A DNA stretch of 59,815 nucleotides, the filler included, from Sphacelaria rigidula (lineage: Eukaryota): assembly GCA_964200075.2 (NCBI GenBank). It is 8 parts of 8 records of this genome, joined end to end, with 100 filler letters (N's around TTAATTAATTAA, not from the genome) between each part and the next. Parts side by side here need not be neighbours in the genome. Positions count along the whole stretch, not along the records: positions 44,939 to 52,327 come from CAXNAA020015141.1; positions 52,428 to 59,815 come from CAXNAA020015142.1; 6 more parts are not named here. One strand, given 5' to 3'. The translations under genes and the position numbers were made by a program. Positions 51,787-59,815 of this stretch are shown one piece after another. Position 1 is the first letter of the stretch, and every line of letters starts with the position of its first letter. The notes beneath the pieces were generated by a model that ran no database searches, was not told the origin of the DNA, and worked only from the letters and a program-made list of their open reading frames with translations.

Positions 51787-52048
51787 AATGTATGCGCAGA
51801 GCACCCCGCGGCTTATATCAGTCAGTCCTGCGCTATCCATGGAGTCCAATACCGCGTCCCACAAGAGCACCGCAGATAACATGGCAGCGAATGGAGGCGA
51901 CAGGACTGAATCAATGTACGTCGTTGATGGAGGCTCGAGAAATGACGCGACAGCTTCGCGGTCCGCGGATGAAATAGAACCCGAGAACACTGCCGAGGCA
52001 CCGTCACCGGCTCGAGTGGCGTTCGTGTCAAGGTTTTTCGGGGAACAG
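51787..52048 (+). CDS. TPR + GT41-like glycosyltransferase, exon at the start of the catalytic domain; gene continues beyond the scaffold
   Basis: Boundaries acacag|A ... CAG|gtgaga. Encodes MYAQSTPRLISVSPAL...ARVAFVSRFFGEQ, which resembles the GT41 RIG(F/Y)VSxxF motif. Confidence 0.85.
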
Positions 52049-52975
52049 GTGAGAGAAGGCGCAAAATCGCGACAAGTAGTAGCAGTAGCCGAGGATCACG
52101 GTAGTGATGACAGTAGCAGTAGCGGTAGCGGTAGCGGTAGCAGTAGCAGTAGCAGTAGCGATAGCAGCAACGATAGCAGTAGCAGGTATCGGTGTGTGAA
52201 CCTTAGCCAGGTGTAGTGTATTTGTGAGGCTGCTGATGTTTTCAATTAGCCCCTCCCCCCCTCACCTCTAGACTCTTGGGTTGGCGTCGAGTGGCAACGG
52301 CGCTGTAAAAACAAGCCACCAAAACCTNNNNNNNNNNNNNNNNNNNNNNNNNNNNNNNNNNNNNNNNNNNNTTAATTAATTAANNNNNNNNNNNNNNNNN
52401 NNNNNNNNNNNNNNNNNNNNNNNNNNNATCTAGAAATTCTTTTTCAATTTTGCCTTATCTGGGCCACCGATCGGCCGAGAACGTACCTGTGCTAGTCCAT
52501 CGCTCTCTAAACCGTACCTGATGCGGCACATCGCGCGCAATGGAGTCTACGCGCCAACTCCAACCATGGCGCCCACACCTTCGGCTCTTTTCCCGCCCAT
52601 TTGCCGTTCACGGACGGCACAACGATCACGCCCCCTTTTCCCCGGAAATGGTTCTCAAGTCTCTCCGGTATTATTATTCTGTCTCTAGTTCTCTTTGCGT
52701 GACGACCAGTACTGTATCCGTTGCTTGAACCAACCATCGATGATGCGAAATTTCATCCGTTGGTGGCAAAAGAGCCTAGCTTGACCCTGACACCAGCCCC
52801 GAGATCGCAACAGTACAAAAGTGTTCTACAACCCACTAGATCACAAGAGACCGACGTGCTGTAAGTTCTGAGTCCACACGTTGTGTCGATAGACCGCGAC
52901 GGTAGTTAATCTGGATTATGCATACTTTTTTCATGCGAAGTTGATGCCGATTCAACAGATGACCTTTTCTCGTCA

Positions 52976-53521
52976 TGTTGGTATTACTTGATATTAGTGT
53001 GAACACCGAGAATCGGATCTTTAGTAGAGCTGACAGTCCCGGGTGCTCCTCAGCGCACCGAAAGATATGCGGGGGGTCGAAAGAAGAGCTGGAGATGATA
53101 ACATTATTATACGGTCCAATGGACTACGCGATAAGATCGAAACTGTAATTTCAGGAGAGGGAACTGACCCTGTCAAAACGAAGACAGAGGTATACCAGTA
53201 GTCGGGTGGAGGAGAAATTAGATGCACAGAATTGTCCAAGATGTTGCATACCAACAAAGAGTAAAGCATACACGGAAGGGCGGAGCGTAGATTGAAACTT
53301 CGATCTCGGATGAGGGAACTGGCCCTGTCAAAACGAAGACAGAGGTATACCAGTAGTCGGGTAGAGGAGAAATTAGATGCATATAATTGCCTAAGTTGTT
53401 GCATACCAACAAAGAGTAAATCATACACGGAAGGGCGGGACGTGTTAGACGAGGACGTGAGGGAGCTAAGCGAATGTGACAAGGAACGTTCGGGACACTA
53501 GATGGTATCGAGACACCAACC
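52976..53521. mobile_element. Probable solo LTR with an internal 155-bp tandem duplication
   Basis: Termini TGTTGGT...ACCAAC. Duplicated block GGGAACTG.CCCTGTCAAAACGAAGACAGAGGTATACCAGTAG at 53159 and 53314. Confidence 0.6.
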
Positions 53522-54089
53522 GCTATACTACGAGATAGATGGTGGACATCGGGGGCGAAGCAGGAAGGGGATAAGATCTACAAAATGTCCTTGCGTGCAA
53601 GGTATGGAAATAAGGCAATTAGCCCCCAAATGATGGACTGTAGCCAATATACACCAAGGCGTAGTAAATGTTGCATGTAGGATCCTGGATGATGACCATA
53701 GGACAAGTGCATCCTGTGGATGATGACCCTTGCTGTGTAGCCTATGCCAGAAGGTACAGGCCGCAGCTGTTTACTTCGTGAACGGAAGCTCTAAGAGAAG
53801 TTCTTATCGAGCGCGAGGCCAGTGGATTCTAGAGAAGTCCCTCACTAAATAGCCCTCTTGTCCAGATCGCCTGGCAGAGGCTATACGCCACTACGAGTAA
53901 GAAGAGCTGATTCGCAAGTTGTTCAGGTACCACGGGTAACATCACCGAGCACTCTTTACACAGAACAAAACACAGCTAACGTGAACGTATTTCTCTATGG
54001 CGTAAGCGACAGCCTGTATCAGCGCTCCTACTGTGCGTTGGCTCGGTGCTTGCTTGTCGGAACCCGTTGGACGCCGGTTGTATATCTTC

Positions 54090-54572
54090 GTGTCAGGTGT
54101 TTTCCCCGGCTAGAACCAACATTCTTCCTACAACGTGGGTGCTTGATCCATGCAGCCGCGCCGCCGAGAAAAAGTAGGTCGGTCCAAACACAGCCATTTT
54201 CCGCTCGTTTCCCCAGGAAAGCATGACAGACTCGGGATCACGAAAAACCGCGAAACCATCATTGATTTCGGACATGCCCATGACGTCAACACATGCATGC
54301 CCCATCCAACATTTTGTTAGCATGTAGTTGCTAGGGCTCGACGTGAAAACGTCCAAAATCGATGAATGATGGAATATAAATGGATCAAAAAGGGTCGGAA
54401 TGGGTATATTTGGGCACTATTTTAGTGTAGGTAACTAACTCCTTTTTTTTCTTGCATCAGCTTCTTTTGGAATTCAACTTTCTAACGAACCCAACTATAG
54501 GATGATCGTCAACGTTTGAACATCCGAACGATCAGATGCCCAAAAGTTCCAAGACTTATGGGACAGAGGAAG
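54090..54572. mobile_element. Partial relative of the Stowaway-like MITE
   Basis: Right TIR ACTTATGGGACAGAGGAAG|TA, plus weak similarity to 41050-41170. Confidence 0.7.
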
Positions 54573-54783
54573 TATGCCTTCTGGAGGTTGACGAAGCACA
54601 TGTACAGCGGTATTTTCCGCCGCTGTCCCAGCTCCTAGAGTCGGCGCACTACAAACAGCATGTCGACAGTGGATCGGTCAGGTCGGAAGCCGCACGGTTC
54701 CTCCGGGAATGTCCCGTGCGTTTCGCAGTAGTCGCTGAGGCGGTTGGCCACTATCTTCATGAGCACTTTCCCTGCGTGCGATA
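54573..54783 (-). mobile_element. RTE LINE reverse transcriptase fragment (downstream half of the split RT)
   Basis: [69 protein letters not shown]. Confidence 0.92.
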
Positions 54784-57700
54784 CGTGACGAAAATACGCC
54801 GTTACGTTAATTTGGTAGTGATGATATGGATAATGACTGAGGACACGGAGATTCTGGAGGGTTCTGGATAATGACTGGGGACACGGATATGGTATCTGCA
54901 GGTCTAGCTGGTGCCCTGGAAGGCACTCCTGAATCATGAGAATGTTGAAAAGGCTGACAACTGAAACTGAGGCCAGTAAGACTGGGGAGTCCCTGAACAG
55001 CGGTGATCCAACAGTGCTTCTACTGGCTAGCGTCAAAATATCGATATTAGTACTAGCCGTGCTAGTAGTGTTATCGTTAGTGACTGCTGGAAATTTTCCA
55101 GTAGAGAGGAGTCTAGACAGCTTCGGACATATTGCTTCACGGACGCGTGAGGAGGGTTCAAGCTGAGGTAGCTGCAAAGGCGGCTGGCCCGTGATTGGTC
55201 CAGACTGGAGACTTGCTGGAGCTGCGTGCAGCGGGAGTTTATAGGACCCCACGGCTGTGTGGTGCGGCGACGGAGGCAAGTGTGAATTGTGGAAATCAAG
55301 AGGGTTTTCAGAAGCCTTCGATTAAGTCCGCTCGGAAATGTCGACTACAGAGGTACCGACCGAAAGCCAGCGAAGAGGTCCGTAACCCCAGTTGTTCTTA
55401 GACAAGAGTTGCGGCCTCCCAGTTACGGGAATTTGTATTCTGAGGGTGCTTCTCGTTCGTTTTATACGAAATATGTGGAATACAAGAAGCGAGTGGAGCA
55501 TGCGAATGCGGGGGGTGCGGTAAGGCATCAGGTGGTCTCCATGACGCAACTCGTGCCTACCCCCCTCCAATGCGTTTTTGCGAGAAGATTCCACGAGAAG
55601 AACACAATAATGCCGCTGCAATGGCTGCAGCGGTCAAGAAGCATGCAGGGCATGCGGCGGGCGCTGATGTCGAGCTAACCCAGGCGTCCACGGCCGTGGC
55701 GAAGGCTGTTGCCATGAACCACAGTGGGAAAACCATGCGTGAGAGGGTGGAGCCAATCATGGGAAAGCTGGAGACATACTTTTCCGAAAGAATCCCAACG
55801 TCGAGATGGTTCATCGTTCAACCGATGGGAAATTCCGTCCAGGGCCCGCTGGGGTGATCACGAAAGTGATGGTGGAGGGTCTGGCACCGGCGGAATTCAA
55901 ACAGGCCGTGCTTGTGCAATTACAGCACGAAACCAAGTGGAAGTCAGACCCGTACTTAGTTATGGATACCGTGATGGCTGAGGCTCAGGCATGGCGGAAG
56001 ATTGAAGTATTCGGGAAATCATCCACTTCGTCGCCGCAGTCTTCGAGCTCGCGTAACCGCGGATTAAAATCCGCAGGCAGTGCCGCCGCCATATCACTTG
56101 TTTTCAGTGTGGTCAGGTAGGCCACTACGCACGCAAGTGCCCAACGCGTTCCGAAGGGGAGTCTGGGCAGACAAGTGCCGCGCGCCCTCATAATCACAAA
56201 GGAGCAAAAGGTAATCGGGGTGGTGGCGGAGGCGAATCCTCCAGCGGTGGAGGTGTGCAGTCGAGTTCCCAGCAGCAACAGCAAGGGCCGCGGCGTCAGC
56301 ATGGGCCTGGCTCTGGGTCCGGCGCCGCCGTAGGTGCTGCTGCTCTACAGCAGGCGGTGCAGGTGGACCCGACTCCTACAGAGTCGCATACTGCGCTGGC
56401 GCCGGTGGTGGCGCCGGCGGCGACACTGGCAGCAGCGCCAGGCGCGACGCCTGTTGACGCGCTGGTCGGAGGGTCGTCAAATTCTTGGTTTGCTGGCTGG
56501 GGGGCGTACCCGCCGGCGGTGCCGTTTGAACCTGCCGGGGCGTCTTTGCCTGCGCAGCTTGCGCAGCTTGCGCAGCTTGCGCAGCTTGCGCAGCCGTGGC
56601 GTCAAGGGGGATTAGCGGCGCATTAGTCAGCGGAAGAAGTTCCCGTGGAGCTTGCCGACAGATACATTCCGGCGGAGTTATGTCTTCCGAATCAACGGCA
56701 GCGTGGGGCCATTGTGGTTCGGTCTGTGTTGGATTCTGGCGTCCATTTCACTAGTCTGCCGATGCAGATGGTTGAGATGCTAGAGCGACAACTCCCGGGT
56801 GTGCCGCTGCGCATCTCGTTTGCGCTTGGGGCGCGACAGGCAGTCACCGCGTCGGGTCAGCATGTTTCAGTCACAGAGCGTACTGTTTCGTTGCAGGTAA
56901 TTTAGCCTTCAAGACTGCTTGGGGGCCGGCGCCGTTGCCTCCGATCTCGTTTGCGATTATGCCAGGGTCGGATGGCGTTGTTCTTCTGGGGCTACCGACG
57001 CTACAGGATCTAGGAGTCGATCCGTATAAGCGGTTGAAGGACTCCATCAAGACGCGGCTATCTCCGCCTGGTCCGCACGTGGAGACGGCCGCCTTTTTGG
57101 GCAGTCGTCGCGTGAGCTTGTCGGTGGATGCTTTTCAGGAGACTGGGAGGCAGGTGGCCGAGGAGCAGGATGCGGCGGTGGAACGCTTAGTAGAGCGGCC
57201 CGGATATGTTCATGGACCGGGCGGAAGAGGAGTCCGCTCGGAACGTCGCGCTGGAGGAGAGCGTGACGGATGCTGGGGCGAAAGACCTCAGCGTCTCAAA
57301 AGCGGAGCGCCTGCGCGGAATATTGCATTGCCGCGTCAACGCGTTTCGTCGTACGCTGCGGGGTGATCCCCCTGCGCGCGTGGAGCCCATGTGTGTTCAG
57401 CTAAAACCTGGGGCGTCCGCGGCGAAGACGAAGCCGCGGCGGTACGATCCAGTGAAGTCGAGTTGGTTGGCGTTGTGCATGGCGGCTTTTTTGGCGCTCG
57501 GGTAGGTAGTACGGAAATTGCTGGCAGGGTGGTCCAGTCCAGATATGGCGTTTCCGAAGAAGGCTGCATCGTGGACGGAGGGCAGGCTGCAGGCGCAGGC
57601 GGCAGCGAAGGATCTGGTGACTCATGCCATGACGCTGCTCCATCCTCGTCCTGATTGTCAGGTGTCAATATTTCCAAATGCATCTGAGTGTCATTGGGGT

Positions 57701-59151
57701 AGTTTGGTCATGCAGGTGCCTACAGTTGGAATTGAAATGCCTGTGCGCGCTGTGCCTGTGTATGGTCCTTGTGAACCTGATGACTCGATGCCGTCCAAAT
57801 CTGTTGTCCGCCAAGCGCAACGAAAAGACCTTGAGGCCGGATATGCGGACGTGCAATCTTTCGAGTCGAACGTTGGTACTGCTATCTTGGACAATGAAGG
57901 TCTGTTTCGTGTGCATGTGCGTGGCCGAAACATTTTGTGGATTCCGAGTTCTGACAAGCAGTTGCAGGTACGTCTGATGATTTGCGCGCATATGCGCGAT
58001 GCCAGGCATCGTGGTGTGGCTGCGACGCTCGTGCGCTTGCGCGAGTTTTGTGTCTGACAGGGGATAGAAACTCATGTGCGCGAATTTATCCGCCAGTGTC
58101 TTCACTCTGCTCACTCGAGGGCGGGCGATGTTGTTCCCCGCCCGCTCGGCGAAACGGTCCATGAGACCACGCCGAATGAAGTCGTTCATTTTGACTTTTT
58201 GTACGTGGGAGAGAGTGGCCCGTAAGCTTCCCAAGGTTTGTCGGAGGATGTTGGGTTTCGATAATTTTTGGCAATCATGGATGATTTGAGTAACTTTGTG
58301 GCTCTGGGAGCAGTAGCAGTGTGCACTGCTGAATCGAACGCTGCATTTTTGCTGAATTGATGCAAAACGTTGGGGGTGCCGCATGCGTGGGTGAGTGATA
58401 CCGCCACGCATTTCAAGAATGCGATCTTGGCCCGATTGCGAGAGGCTTTGCGCGTTGATCACCAGTTTGCGGTAGCGTATTCTCCGAGATCTAGTCAAGA
58501 AAGTAGTTCGTGCTCTTGGCTCTATTCTTCTCGAGCAGTGTAGAGCGGTTTCCGAGTGGGTGGACGTGTTGCCGGCGATGCAATGGGCTCTCAATACAGC
58601 GTATCGTCGTCGGTACGATAGTACGCCGTACCACGTGATGTTTGGTCGTGCCCCTCGGACGCCTTTTTCGGTGCTGGCGTCTTCGTCGGCGGGGGAATAG
58701 ACGTGTGATGTTTTGGACAATGTTTAAATTAAGCGTGTATTGCAAGGAGTCTTAGACTTGCAAGAACGTTTCCACGTTCAAGTTCAAGAACGTTTTGCCG
58801 CTGACCGTGCGCGTAGACGTGAGGGGTCCTCGTCGGGGCTGGAATTGCCGAATTTTTAGGTAGGCGGCTATGTCTTGTATACACGCGTGCGTCGTCCGGG
58901 TGTTACGCCCAAGTTGATGGCGACGTGGACTGGTCCATGGAGAGTGGTTGGTGCTCACCACCCGCACGAGTTTGAGATTCAGAACATTGTTTCGGGTCGT
59001 GTTCAGACCGCCCATGTAGCTCGTTTTCGTTTTTATTCAGACTCGCAGCTTAATGTTACGGCTGACGTTAAGGACGTGTTCCAGCATGCTTCAAATCACG
59101 GGCAATTTCAGATGGCTGGTATTGTCCCAGTGGCAGATGGTAAGCGTCACA
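54784..59151 (+). mobile_element. Decayed, internally deleted Ty3/Gypsy LTR retrotransposon
   Basis: Termini (C)GTGACG...CGTCACA with a 4-bp TSD GATA/AATA. gag carries CFQCGQVGHYARKC (~56098); protease VLDSG. RT begins at WSSPDMAFPKK and is then deleted. Integrase motifs AHMRDARHRG..CLHS, VHFDF, WVSDTATHF and WTGPWRV follow in Gypsy order. Confidence 0.93.
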
Positions 59152-59420
59152 AATATCAGAGAGATCCCCCTGTAGTTATTGCAGTTGGACCGGTCCGATT
59201 TCTTGTACAGCACCTTGATGGTTGCATCTTTTCACTTCTGCGGGACCTCCCCTCCGTTCCACATCTCGACGAGAACGGTATGGAAGCGTTCGAGGACGAT
59301 GGGCTCGGCGCGGTCGTCGATCTTGAGTAGTTCCACAGGGAGGGAGTTGTGTCCTGGCGCTTTTCAGTTGCGCACCTCCTGGACTGCTCGTCTGGATTTC
59401 TCCAGTGTTGATGCTGTCCC
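59152..59420 (-). mobile_element. RTE LINE reverse transcriptase fragment (upstream half of the split RT)
   Basis: KAPGHNSLPVELLKID...[37 protein letters not shown]. Confidence 0.92.
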
Positions 59421-59815
59421 GTTTTGTTATGCCCTATTCATTGTCCATACCAAATTTCAGGGTCTAACTCTAAATATTGGCCGGTGAATGGGCCTGCAAA
59501 CCACAAATTCGCTTCTCGGCTGGCCCAGCTGGTACAGAAAACACATCGGGCCTCGTGGAGGGGCCTTTCGGAAATGAAACAATTCATTCACTAATTGACC
59601 GCTTTTCACTCTCGAGTGTATCCTCTACTCTCAATTTTACGAAAACATTGTTAACACTATATTCGTGCGATTCAGAGTGTAACATCGGATTCAGAGTGAG
59701 ACCCGAAACAATTGACTTTCCCCTCGATTTTGACATCGCCACAGTTCGAGGAGTAATGCGCCCAGCTGGTGAAGCGGTGGCTTCAATGAATGCTGTCATC
59801 TACACGATCAGTTTG

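Noticed and set aside
40677..52048. Divergent SOD / GT41 gene pair or functional cluster
   Set aside because: The two genes are on different scaffolds separated by an artificial linker.

Overview
Eukaryotic, repeat-rich genomic DNA of roughly balanced GC content, most likely from a brown alga or other stramenopile. That assignment is inferred from the intron style, TE repertoire and primer-binding site, not proven. The window is NOT one locus. It is eight unrelated scaffolds (7390, 7390, 7390, 7390, 7389, 7389, 7389 and 7388 bp, i.e. sorted by size) joined by 100-nt N44-TTAATTAATTAA-N44 linkers, so nothing can be inferred across the linkers. Host-gene pieces: five phase-consistent exons of a TPR + GT41-like glycosyltransferase (+, 46348-52048), two exons of an Fe/Mn superoxide dismutase (-, 40677-44079), and two in-phase exons of an unknown gene (-, 31798-35047). 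Most of the remaining sequence that could be assigned is nested, decayed TEs: a Copia element (LTR, PBS, gag), two Gypsy elements (one ending in chromo-like plus Tudor-like domains, one inserted precisely into an RTE LINE), an intron-containing MULE transposase, RTE LINE fragments, tRNA-derived SINEs, a hAT with an 8-bp TSD, and several foldback MITEs. No CRISPR array, rRNA or convincing functional tRNA was found. No wholly new biological system can be supported. The best leads are TE architectures and divergent enzymes.
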